32,000 nt of DNA from Nostoc punctiforme PCC 73102 (GTDB taxonomy: Bacteria; Cyanobacteriota; Cyanobacteriia; Cyanobacteriales; Nostocaceae). The position numbers were made by a program, and so were the translations under genes. Within the stretch, counting starts at the first letter, position 1. Each line of letters begins with the position of its first letter. Shown one piece after another: positions 24,394 through 32,000 of the stretch. The stretch lies in contig NC_010628.1 in NCBI RefSeq assembly GCF_000020025.1, positions 3,120,001 to 3,152,000 of the forward strand, written 5' to 3'. Under the pieces are notes generated by a model, which was given only the letters and a program-made list of their open reading frames with translations, made no database searches and had not been told where the DNA came from.

Positions 24394-25269
24394 TTAAGCA
24401 AGTTGAAACAGAAATGTCATTAAGTCTCCTTTACCCAAACTGATGCGATCGCCTGGTCGCAATCGATGACGATTCCCTGGTAAAAGGGGCAAGTTATTAA
24501 TGTAAGTGCCATTAGAACTTCCCACATCTTCTACATAGTGAGCGTCTCCCTCAACACGAATATCTGCATGAATCCGCGAGACAACTTCTGAATTTGGAAA
24601 TCCTGAAACGTCTATATCTGGAGGAATCCGGTCATTGGGCTTGCCGATATGAATCACAGAGAGATTTTGCGGCAATTCAATTAGTCGATCGGTTTGAACG
24701 TGGATTAACCGCGCTATAACCTGCTGCAATTGCGTTCTGGCAACGGTTGCAGTTGGTGCTGGTGCAGCTGGTGGAGGTAGTTCAGCTTCAGAGGGTGGCG
24801 CTGGTTCCAACGATGGTGGAGTAGGAATACTTTGTCCAGAAACTACGGGTACTGCGACGCTTGGCTCTGCTTCTGGAGGGCTGCTTTCTATAACAGCTGC
24901 CTCTGGCGGAGCTACTGGGGGAGCTGCCACCTCTGTTGCTGGTAAAGATGAACTGGGAGGATGAGAGTTAGTAGAACCGCTCATTCCCAAAGCATCTGGT
25001 TGTAAAAGTTCTAACAGTGGATCGGGTGGAACTAACGGTGGTACTTCCACAGAAACATCGGGAGTAACTGTTGTAGCTACCCCACTATGAACATGTGGAA
25101 CTCCTGCGGAGTGAAGGTTATAGCCACACTGGCCACAGAATGCAGCATCTGCCTGCACACTTGCCCCACAACTAGGACAGTTAGTAGTCGCGGGTAACGG
25201 TGTATAACAAGCTTCACATTGGACAGCACCATCAGGGTTGGGATGATTGCAATTAGGGCAGACGATCAT
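24394..25269 (-). CDS. Double zinc-ribbon / Pro-rich linker / FHA-domain protein
   Basis: The N-terminus is CPNCNHPNPDGAVQCEACYTPL..CPSCGASVQADAAFCGQCG. A ~110-aa Pro/Ala/Ser-rich linker follows. The C-terminal FHA segment is ..IHIGKPND..VSRIHADIRVEGDAHYVEDVGSSNGTYINN..L.PGDRISLG. Confidence 0.85.
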   Translation of the reverse strand: MIVCPNCNHPNPDGAVQCEACYTPLPATTNCPSCGASVQADAAFCGQCGYNLHSAGVPHVHSGVATTVTPDVSVEVPPLVPPDPLLELLQPDALGMSGSTNSHPPSSSLPATEVAAPPVAPPEAAVIESSPPEAEPSVAVPVVSGQSIPTPPSLEPAPPSEAELPPPAAPAPTATVARTQLQQVIARLIHVQTDRLIELPQNLSVIHIGKPNDRIPPDIDVSGFPNSEVVSRIHADIRVEGDAHYVEDVGSSNGTYINNLPLLPGNRHRLRPGDRISLGKGDLMTFLFQLA

Positions 25270-25371
25270 CGATATTTAGCCTTTGTTCAAGATCATCATA
25301 AATATAGGTAGGACTGGCAAGCAGAGGGCGGCCCTAGCTTTAGATTCTAGCAATTACTGCCGATTTGATAC

Positions 25372-25503
25372 GGGGAAAGGGAGCAGAGGGCAGGAAAGGA
25401 TTAGGGAACGAGGGGGACAAGGAGGATAAGGGGAAATTATTGAACAAGTCTCTTCCTTGTCTCCTCCCTCTTCCTTGTCTTCCTTGTCTCCCTTGTCTCT
25501 TCT
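25372..25503. repeat. GA-rich / CT-rich imperfect palindrome, same family as 11351-11480
   Basis: The left arm is GGGGAAAGGGAGCAGAGGGCAGGAAAGG..GGGGGACAAGGAGGATAAGGGGAA. The right arm is TCTTCCTTGTCTCCTCCCTCTTCCTTGTCTTCCTTGTCTCCCTTGTCTCTTCTT and contains CCTTGTCT-type short tandem units. It lies between the pgl stop and the FHA gene start. Confidence 0.7.
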
Positions 25504-25535
25504 TAATGCCCAATGCTCCTACATGCCCCATTCTT

Positions 25536-26258
25536 CTAATGTTGAAGTTCCGAACCTGCTGCCGCATCCAGCAGCCACCAAAGTTCACCTTGGGGTCGAA
25601 TCAAACGGGATGGGTAAGCGAAGTCATCGGCGACAGGTGCAAAGACTTGTGCCAAAGCTGGGCGTTTATTAGCACCAGCAACCAGAAAAATCACACTGAG
25701 AGCAGAGTTGATGAAGGGGTATGTGAAACTTATTCTGGGGTTTCCGTCTTTGTTACCCACAGTCACCAGGCGATCGCGTACTTTGAGAGCCTCTGTGTGG
25801 GGAAACAAAGATGCAGTATGTGCATCATCACCCATTCCTAGTAATACTAGATCCAACGCGGGAAACTCGACCCCAGAAGAATTGAAAAATTCTTTGAGAT
25901 GTTGTTCATACTTTGCAGCCGCGAGTTCTGGATTGGCTTCTAAAGTTGGTACGGGGTGAATGTTAGCTGCTGGGATATCAACACGATCTAGCCATGCACG
26001 ACGCGTCATCAGTTCATTGCTATCGGGGTGATCTGGTGGTACGTAACGCTCATCCCCCCAGAATACATTAATTTTATCCCAAGGCAGTTTTTGATTAGCG
26101 ATCGCTTCGTATAACGGTTTAGGTGTACTGCCGCCAGATAAGGCGATGGTAAACCTCCCTCGTTGCTCAATGGCAGTATCTAACTTGGACAGAATTAATT
26201 CTAGCGCTCGTGCAACCAGCGTCGGCTGATCCGGTAGAACTTCAACGGTTTTGTTCAT
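25536..26258 (-). CDS. pgl: 6-phosphogluconolactonase
   Basis: A 240-aa ORF with ..RFTIALSGGSTPKPLY.., ..VFWGDERYVP.. and ..DLVLLGMGDDAHTASLFP... Confidence 0.92.
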   Translation of the reverse strand: MNKTVEVLPDQPTLVARALELILSKLDTAIEQRGRFTIALSGGSTPKPLYEAIANQKLPWDKINVFWGDERYVPPDHPDSNELMTRRAWLDRVDIPAANIHPVPTLEANPELAAAKYEQHLKEFFNSSGVEFPALDLVLLGMGDDAHTASLFPHTEALKVRDRLVTVGNKDGNPRISFTYPFINSALSVIFLVAGANKRPALAQVFAPVADDFAYPSRLIRPQGELWWLLDAAAGSELQH

Positions 26259-26524
26259 GGCTTCATCATCATATTGCTGGCTTCCAGCAATACCATACCG
26301 AACTTATTACAATTCCCCTTTTTAACTTTTGAAACATTTAACATCATGGATTAAGTAGGCTGGAAAAACGTAGATGCTCATTATCACCTTCAACGCTAAG
26401 TTGTCAGTAGTCAGTCGTACTAACTACTCTCATAATTATTTTTATTTACACCCAGTTACTTGATACTTTGTTGCTTAACACCACAGAGGATACATTTATT
26501 AATTCTTATTAAAAATTAATAAAA

Positions 26525-27268
26525 CTAATTAATCACAAACAATGATTCCCAATCAGCGATCGCTTCGCGTTGGGCGATTAACAATTCCTGAATTCCTTTT
26601 TGAGCGACATCTAGCAGTTGATCCAACTGAGTACGACTAAAGCTACCTTCTTCGGCTGTTCCCTGGACTTCAATGATTCCCAAATGTTGATCCATCACCA
26701 CATTAAAATCTACTGTTGCAGCCACATCTTCAATATAATTTAAATCTAAAAATGGCTCTGCTTCCAGTAATCCTACGGAAACTGCTGCTACCTGTCCACA
26801 CAAAGGCGATCGCTCTAACACGCCCTCTTGCAACAATTTAGAAATCGCATGAGCCAAGGCCACAAACGAGCCTGTAATCGCTGTTGTTCGAGTTCCAGCA
26901 TCTGCTTGCAAGACATCGGCATCCACAGTCAGCGTGCGTTCTCCCAGTGCCTCAAAATCAACTGCTGCGCGTAAGCTACGTCCAATTAAACGTTGAATTT
27001 CTTGCGTCCGTCCAGATAATTTCAATAATTCCCTTTCTTGGCGTTTTTGGGTAGCAGATGGTAACATTCGGTACTCAGCAGTTAACCAGCCTTTACCAGT
27101 TCCTTCAAGAAACTTTGGAACTCCCTTATTAACGCTAACAGTACAAAGTACCTGAGTATCACCGCATCTTGCGAGAACAGAACCGGGGGCAAAGCGGGTG
27201 AAACTGGGGTAAAAGCTGATCGGACGTAGTTCGTAAGGAAGACGACCGTCTGGACGCTGCCAAGCCAT
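26525..27268 (-). CDS. rph: Ribonuclease PH
   Basis: A 247-aa ORF with RPDGR..ELRPI.., ..[11 protein letters not shown].. and ..[18 protein letters not shown]... Confidence 0.95.
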
Positions 27269-27393
27269 TGGAATTGCCTCAAGTTTTACAATACTGCCTT
27301 AAGATTACCTTAGTGTTGCAAATCATCATTTGAGGGGCATTAGGCATTGCGAAGAATTCTTCTTAACTTCTAACTCTCCCACTCAGCACTCGT

Positions 27394-28017
27394 CTAAGGA
27401 AGTGAAAGCAGAGTCAAAATATTTTGCTGCACCATATCTGGTGACTGGTCGCCGTTGATGGTCAATAGGCAGCGACGACGGTCGTAATATTCTAGGATGG
27501 GAATGGTGCGATCGTAGAATAATTCTACACGGCGCTGCACGATTTCGGGTTGGTCATCTGGTAGCGATCGCCCCAAGGATCGACTAACCATCACTGCCTC
27601 TGGAACTTGGAGATAAATTGCCCAATCTAGCTTTTGCCCTAAATCGTCCAATAAAAAATCTAATTCCTCAGCTTGGAAGGCAGTACGAGGATAACCCTCT
27701 AAGACCCAATCGCAGTTAATATCTGGTTGTCTGAGGCGAATTCGGATCAAATCAATAATCATTTCGTCTGGAACTAACTCCCCTTTTTGGATATAGGGTC
27801 GTGCGTGATAACCTAGTTCACTCAGACTAGCGTAAACCGAAAGAGAAGTTCGGGGATCGGCTTCCGACCATCGAAATTCCGGCAGTGGCTGATCGCCAGA
27901 TATTGCTTCCCGTAAAATCTCACCTGTAGAAATCAGAGGAATATCAAAGTATCTGCCAAGCCTTTGCGCTTGAGTGCTTTTCCCAGATCCTGAACCTCCC
28001 AGAATCACCAATCTCAC
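27394..28017 (-). CDS. Adenylate-kinase-family protein (divergent paralogue)
   Basis: It has a GTG start, the P-loop ILGGSGSGKSTQA, ..ISTGEILREAIS.., ..LEGYPRT..QAEELD.. and a short LID-like GRSLPDDQPEIVQRR. An insertion of about 20 aa follows the NMP-binding helix. Confidence 0.7.
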   Translation of the reverse strand: MRLVILGGSGSGKSTQAQRLGRYFDIPLISTGEILREAISGDQPLPEFRWSEADPRTSLSVYASLSELGYHARPYIQKGELVPDEMIIDLIRIRLRQPDINCDWVLEGYPRTAFQAEELDFLLDDLGQKLDWAIYLQVPEAVMVSRSLGRSLPDDQPEIVQRRVELFYDRTIPILEYYDRRRCLLTINGDQSPDMVQQNILTLLSLP

Positions 28018-28359
28018 AACAATTCACTCCTCATGCTGTCAAATTCACTACTTGCTAAGTCTGTTTTGCCCAAACAACCGACAAATCTAACATTTAGGGA
28101 TTTTCAGACGTTATACCCAGCTTTTTTAAATAATTGGAACTGTAACTCTTGTGTTTTAAGTTTTACAACTATCTACAGGGAAAAGACGTAAATTTAAATC
28201 CAAACAACTCTTGACTTACACACAAACGTAGTGTTGACTTAGAATGCAATTTGCTAAATCCACCACATCTGTGAAAAACAGATTGATTATACAGGCAGAT
28301 TTGTAATAATTACTGACAGCAAAAAAACTTAATTATTGTATCTTTTTGAACTTAATCCT

Positions 28360-28896
28360 ATGGTTGCCCAGCTAGAAACTCAAAGCATCAATTCAACCCT
28401 TACCTTGCCATATCCAGTTGAAGGACTAGTGCAAGTTTTCACTAGCTCACATCGTAATTTTTTTACGAGTGTTATAGCTCAATCACTGAGAATAGCTGGA
28501 CAAGGAACGTCAGTATTAATCGTGCAGTTCCTTAAAGGAGGTATTCGTCAAGGACACGATCGACCCATACAATTAGGACAAAATTTAGATTGGATTCGCT
28601 GTGATTTGCCTCGTTGTATCGATACACCACATTTAGACGATACGGAAAATCAAGCCTTACAAAAACTGTGGCAATATACACAACAAGTAGTATGTGAGAG
28701 TAAGTATTCTCTCGTGGTCTTAGATGAGTTAAGTTTGGCGATTAACTTTGGTTTAATTCCTGAAACCGAAGTTTTAGCGTTTCTGGCAAAACGCCCTCCC
28801 CACGTCGATATTATTCTCACAGGGCCAGAGATGCCTAAATCTCTCTTAGATGTAGCAGATCAGATTACAGAAATCCGTCGAAGTTATCGACCCTAA
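28360..28896 (+). CDS. CobA/CobO/BtuR-like (cob(I)yrinic acid a,c-diamide adenosyltransferase fold) protein with a degenerate P-loop
   Basis: It aligns without gaps to my recollection of CobA: VFT-26 aa-VQFxKG, ..LVVLDELS.. and ..DIILTG..LLDVADQITEIR. The P-loop GNGKGKTT is replaced by SSHRNFFT. ATG 28360 is preferred over TTG 28336. Confidence 0.7.
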   Translation: MVAQLETQSINSTLTLPYPVEGLVQVFTSSHRNFFTSVIAQSLRIAGQGTSVLIVQFLKGGIRQGHDRPIQLGQNLDWIRCDLPRCIDTPHLDDTENQALQKLWQYTQQVVCESKYSLVVLDELSLAINFGLIPETEVLAFLAKRPPHVDIILTGPEMPKSLLDVADQITEIRRSYRP

Positions 28897-28958
28897 ACAA
28901 AATACTCAGTTCGTGCTAATATATCAAGTCTGTTTGAATTAACGTTAGCAAAGAACTT

Positions 28959-29558
28959 GTGATTAAGAACGATATCTGGATTACTGAAATGGCTCAACAG
29001 GGCTTGATTTCGCCCTTTGAGCCAAGCCTAATCCGAAAAGTGCAAAAAGATGATTCTGTAGCGGTTCAGCCTGTAATTAGCTATGGATTGTCTTCTTATG
29101 GGTACGATATACGCCTTTCCTCGGCTGAGTTCCGCATTTTTCGCCACATTCCCGGAACTATAATTGATCCCAAAAACTTTAATCCCCAAAATTTAGAGCC
29201 AACAGCGCTGCATACTGATGCCAATGGCAGTTATTTTATTTTACCTGCTCATTCCTATGGGCTTGGGGTGGCTCTAGAAAAGCTGGAGGTTCCTGAAAAT
29301 ATTACAGTAATTTGCATAGGTAAATCTACGTATGCAAGATGTGGCATAATTGCAAATTTAACCCCTGCTGAGGCTACATGGCGAGGTCATTTAACTTTAG
29401 AATTTTCTAATTCTTCTAGTGCTGACTGTCGCATTTACGCTAATGAAGGCGTGGTGCAATTGCTATTTTTAGAAGGTGAACCCTGCGCTATTAGTTATGA
29501 AGCACGCCAGGGAAAATATCAGGATCAGCAAGAAATTGTGACTTTGGCTCGTATTTAG
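28959..29558 (+). CDS. dcd: dCTP deaminase
   Basis: A 199-aa ORF with a GTG start. It has ..YGLSSYGYDIRL.., ..GKSTYARCGI.. and ..LEFSN....IYANEGVVQLLF.. typical of the Dcd/dUTPase-fold trimer. Confidence 0.88.
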   Translation: MIKNDIWITEMAQQGLISPFEPSLIRKVQKDDSVAVQPVISYGLSSYGYDIRLSSAEFRIFRHIPGTIIDPKNFNPQNLEPTALHTDANGSYFILPAHSYGLGVALEKLEVPENITVICIGKSTYARCGIIANLTPAEATWRGHLTLEFSNSSSADCRIYANEGVVQLLFLEGEPCAISYEARQGKYQDQQEIVTLARI

Positions 29559-29698
29559 ACTGAATGATATCTAAAAAAGTTTACACAAAATATAGAACTT
29601 AAATCTATTCACCAATTGCACTGCTGGTAATAATTTAATTGTAGATGTATCTAGGGGGTAATTGGGTTTACCGTTGGGCTTGGCTTAGGGCCATTTTT

Positions 29699-30499
29699 TC
29701 ATCTCGCTTCTAGCCAAACCTGTAAATCGACCAAACTAGTAAAATCTAACAGTGCTTCACTCAAATCTTCCAGAACAGGCAAAGGTAAACCAGAAATTGA
29801 GGAGCGTATTTCTTCCGAAAGTTCCCCAAATCGCTTAGTCAATTGCCGGAGAATGAGATTAGCTGTTGCTTCCTCACGTCCTTCCTCACGTCCTTCTTCC
29901 TTAATTTCTCGGTAAACTCGCGTTTCCTTAAGCGTGATTCCTAGCATAGACTCTACCTCCGCTTGAGTTAATTGTTCAAATCTGTACACCATGATCGTCG
30001 TTATTAATTCAATTATGGCGCGACTTGATGGTAATAGCTCTTCTTGATTGGTTCTTGTTAATAAATACCTTGCTTCTTCTGGCGCTTGTTCTTCATCCAC
30101 TGTAGTTAATACCATCAACGCTACCCATATAGGTAATTGACGAATATCCCCTAATTCATCTAAATACACCCGATGTATTTGTTCACCGTTCAGCAATGAA
30201 CGATGAGGATGAATATCGATTTGTTCGATACTGCGCGACGGGTAAATTATCACTGCTTGCCAGTCGCTAAATCTGGCACGGTTGCGGTAGAAATATAACG
30301 AAGATTCAGCCCATACTCTTTCATAAAGTTGTTCATCTTTTTGGAACTGAACCTCGCAAAAATATACAACTCCAGCACCATCGCTTTCAGGGGGTAGAAA
30401 TACCCCATCAATTTCAAATTTCGGTTCTTTGACTGCGACTGAATCAAAACGATAGCTATTTGAATTATTTGGAGGATTTGTCAACAGTTCAAATAGCAA
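29699..30499 (-). CDS. Rpn/DUF2887-type PD-(D/E)XK nuclease-like protein with a DUF4351-like C-terminus; the N-terminus is interrupted by an in-frame TGA (possible pseudogene)
   Basis: The track ORF starts at TTG 30499. Upstream in the same frame is ATG(30547)-CGT-TGA(30541-30539)-DSIFYKLFQQSPT-, the conserved family N-terminus (M.TDSIFY.LFQ). The core is ..FEIDGVFLP..YFCEVQFQKD... The C-terminus is ..LILRQLTKRFGELSEEIRSSISGLPLPVLEDLSEALLDF.SLVDLQVWL. A 12-bp tandem duplication at 29871-29894 encodes EGREEGRE. Confidence 0.7.
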   Translation of the reverse strand: MLFELLTNPPNNSNSYRFDSVAVKEPKFEIDGVFLPPESDGAGVVYFCEVQFQKDEQLYERVWAESSLYFYRNRARFSDWQAVIIYPSRSIEQIDIHPHRSLLNGEQIHRVYLDELGDIRQLPIWVALMVLTTVDEEQAPEEARYLLTRTNQEELLPSSRAIIELITTIMVYRFEQLTQAEVESMLGITLKETRVYREIKEEGREEGREEATANLILRQLTKRFGELSEEIRSSISGLPLPVLEDLSEALLDFTSLVDLQVWLEAR

Positions 30500-30670
30500 A
30501 GTTGGAGACTGTTGAAACAGTTTGTAAAATATTGAGTCTCAACGCATGAAAACATTTTACTAATTTTTTATTTATGATTTTTTGGTGGCTGTTTGGATAA
30601 TCCCTTTGATCTAGAGCGTGGTATCTCAATCAATCCAAGTGGGACATTCTCAATCCAGCCCAAAATATGA

Positions 30671-31393
30671 TTATGGTGCAAGTCTGGCTTTACCAAGACG
30701 CTGTTTTTCATACCATTGTGCGATCGCAGGTGCCCAATCTTCAAAATGAGGCCACATCATTTCACACAACTTCTGAATTTCAAGTTGAGCGTCTTTTTTA
30801 TTTCTCAGGTCACAAAAATGCAAGAAAGACCTTAAATTGAAACTCACCACAAAATGCTGGCGATAATCAAAAGGCACTTTACCTCTTGCGTGTTCTTCAG
30901 ACATTCCACCCTCAAAATCAGCTTGATATCGTTTAGCTGCTTCCAAACACCACTCTAAATCTGCTGCTCGTTGCTCTGGTGAATAATGGTACTTTTTGCC
31001 TTGTCTATCAGTGTAATAACCAACAGGGCGTAGGTAAAAAACATCTTCTATGTCTTTCTTACCTTCTAGTACATCAATAAATTGGTTGCCTGTGTACCTA
31101 AAAGACTGAACATCAAATGATACTCCTACACGATGAGTACGAGCCTGCTGCATAACACTGTGGGGAAAGTAACCACAGTTGAAAACAATTTGGGGATGCT
31201 CTAGAGGCCCATAGTGTCCCCTCTCACCCGCTAAAAGTCGCTTAACAATAACTTCGCCGCTTTGTGACTCTGACGGCCAGGAGTCGCGCTCATCAAACAC
31301 GAACCCATCGGTATAGTCCTGGTGCATCGCGGCATAAATCACCTGCTGCGGGTTTGGCGTTTTGGCAATAACCTCTACTCGAAATCGATGCAT
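30671..31393 (-). CDS. thyX: FAD-dependent thymidylate synthase
   Basis: A 240-aa ORF with a ThyX-like signature (QQARTHRVGVSFDVQSFRYT, compare RHRxxSxxxxSxRY). The overall size and layout are those of ThyX. Confidence 0.85.
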   Translation of the reverse strand: MHRFRVEVIAKTPNPQQVIYAAMHQDYTDGFVFDERDSWPSESQSGEVIVKRLLAGERGHYGPLEHPQIVFNCGYFPHSVMQQARTHRVGVSFDVQSFRYTGNQFIDVLEGKKDIEDVFYLRPVGYYTDRQGKKYHYSPEQRAADLEWCLEAAKRYQADFEGGMSEEHARGKVPFDYRQHFVVSFNLRSFLHFCDLRNKKDAQLEIQKLCEMMWPHFEDWAPAIAQWYEKQRLGKARLAP

Positions 31394-31525
31394 TAGTTTT
31401 GGGAGTGGATTTGTGACTGAAAGTGCTTATGCAGAAGAAGCGGAGCCTGTTCGTTAGATATGGCTTTGAACTCGATCCATTATCATATCTCTGCCTTGGA
31501 CTTCTACTTAAGGAGATTAAGATAC

Positions 31526-31564
31526 TTTACAAATATTAATATCTTTGTTACAGTTGTTTACATA
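31526..31564 (+). promoter_or_regulatory. HLR1-like (RpaB-type) direct repeats and a -10 box upstream of hli
   Basis: GTTACAGT-TG-TTTACATA (31547-31564) fits (G/T)TTACA(T/A)(T/A)-N2-repeat with one mismatch. A weaker unit, TTTACAAA-TA-TTAATATC, lies at 31526-31543. TAATAT at 31537-31542 is -10-like. The ATG is at 31587. Confidence 0.5.
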
Positions 31565-31586
31565 AAGAGAAAACAGGGAAAAATCC

Positions 31587-31802
31587 ATGCGTACAAGCAC
31601 TGCTATAATTGACGACCAAGGCAAACTGAACAACTTTGCGATTGAGCCAAAGGTTTATATAGACGAGCAAGGCGATCGCACTGGTTTCACTCCCTATGCA
31701 GAAATGCTGAACGGTCGTTTAGCAATGATCGGTTTTATTTCTCTGATAGCATTAGAAGTATTCACAGGACACGGTATTGTTGGTGTTTTGGCAAATCTGT
31801 AA
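31587..31802 (+). CDS. hli: High-light-inducible protein (Hlip/CAB single-helix family)
   Basis: A 71-aa ORF with the CAB motif [26 protein letters not shown]. Confidence 0.9.
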   Translation: MRTSTAIIDDQGKLNNFAIEPKVYIDEQGDRTGFTPYAEMLNGRLAMIGFISLIALEVFTGHGIVGVLANL

Positions 31803-31840
31803 AAACTAATTTTTTATAACGTAATTCTCAATAAATAATT

Positions 31841-31872
31841 AAGAGACGGTAGATTTACCGTCTCTTCTTTTA
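31841..31872 (+). terminator. Rho-independent terminator of hli
   Basis: AAGAGACGGTA (31841-31851), loop GATT, then TACCGTCTCTT (31856-31866), a perfect 11-bp stem followed by CTTTTAT. Confidence 0.8.
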
Positions 31873-31944
31873 TGGAAAGCTTAGTGCTAGAGTGAATATG
31901 CTGATAGCAAAAGCCCTTATTAGCGTAAAAACATTAGGTGAACT

Positions 31945-32000
31945 ATGGCTTTAACTGCTTCAACTATGTTGCCACTAGGCACAAAAGCACCAGATTTTAA
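31945..32000 (+). CDS. 5' end of a thioredoxin-fold (AhpC/TSA or thioredoxin-like) protein; runs off the window
   Basis: ATG 31945 gives MALTASTMLPLGTKAPDF.. The LPLGTKAPDF pattern is typical of peroxiredoxin/thiol-disulfide oxidoreductase N-termini. Only 18 codons are visible. Confidence 0.35.
   Translation, partial: MALTASTMLPLGTKAPDF

Noticed and set aside
26274-26292. The perfect hairpin ATTGCTGG-CTT-CCAGCAAT, 15 nt upstream of the pgl ATG on the minus strand.
   Set aside because: It could be the rph terminator remnant or a 5'-UTR structure. It has no U-run, I recognise no conserved motif, and it is a single short stem, so there is not enough to call a function.
28211-28245. Two TTGACT hexamers (28211-28216 and 28234-28239) and a TAGAAT (28240-28245) between the divergent adk-like and cobA-like genes.
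   Set aside because: The spacings to the -10-like box are 23 and 0 nt, neither of which is compatible with a sigma70-type promoter. TAGAAT alone is not sufficient evidence.
28959-29558. dcd as an anti-phage dCTP-deaminase defence gene, given the adjacent nuclease-like gene.
   Set aside because: At 199 aa it has the compact housekeeping Dcd architecture with no extra N-terminal kinase-like domain. Its neighbour thyX fits ordinary dTMP synthesis.

Overview
This looks like a chromosomal segment from a filamentous, Nostoc/Anabaena-like cyanobacterium. Evidence for that: many HIP1 octamers GCGATCGC (e.g. 2905-2912, 5781-5788, 12613-12620), tandem heptamer (STRR-type) repeats in spacers, a ferrochelatase with a C-terminal CAB/Hlip helix, an hli gene and a KaiB-domain gene. 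All family assignments come from motifs recognised by eye; no database search was run. About 30 CDS are supported, and most are housekeeping: tas-like aldo-keto reductase, GST, wecB, hemH, purB, comM/yifB, yihY, ldhA, pgl, rph, dcd, thyX. I recognised no rRNA or tRNA gene. The regions that stand out are listed here. (1) At 3.2-6.4 kb, three tandem paralogous Crp/Fnr-type regulators with a diverged effector pocket sit behind a 940-bp AT-rich gene-free tract and are followed by an orphan receiver domain with a nested GTA-N8-TAC palindrome in its promoter. This is my best candidate for an undescribed regulatory module. (2) A PilT-like ATPase with a Pro-rich N-terminal extension lies next to a long KaiB-domain fusion protein. 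(3) A two-repeat, cas-less mini-CRISPR has a repeat ending CCCTATTAGGGATTGAAAC. (4) An Rpn/DUF2887-type nuclease-like gene, with an in-frame TGA at codon 3, is wedged between dcd and thyX. (5) A CobA-like protein has a fully degenerate P-loop. (6) A strongly SD-preceded 59-codon ORF carries an internal long hairpin. (7) Several families of structured intergenic repeats are present: a MITE-like element, GA/CT-rich 130-bp palindromes, heptamer arrays that touch start and stop codons, and a duplicated terminator module. None of these can be called a new system from sequence alone. Each entry states what would confirm or refute it.
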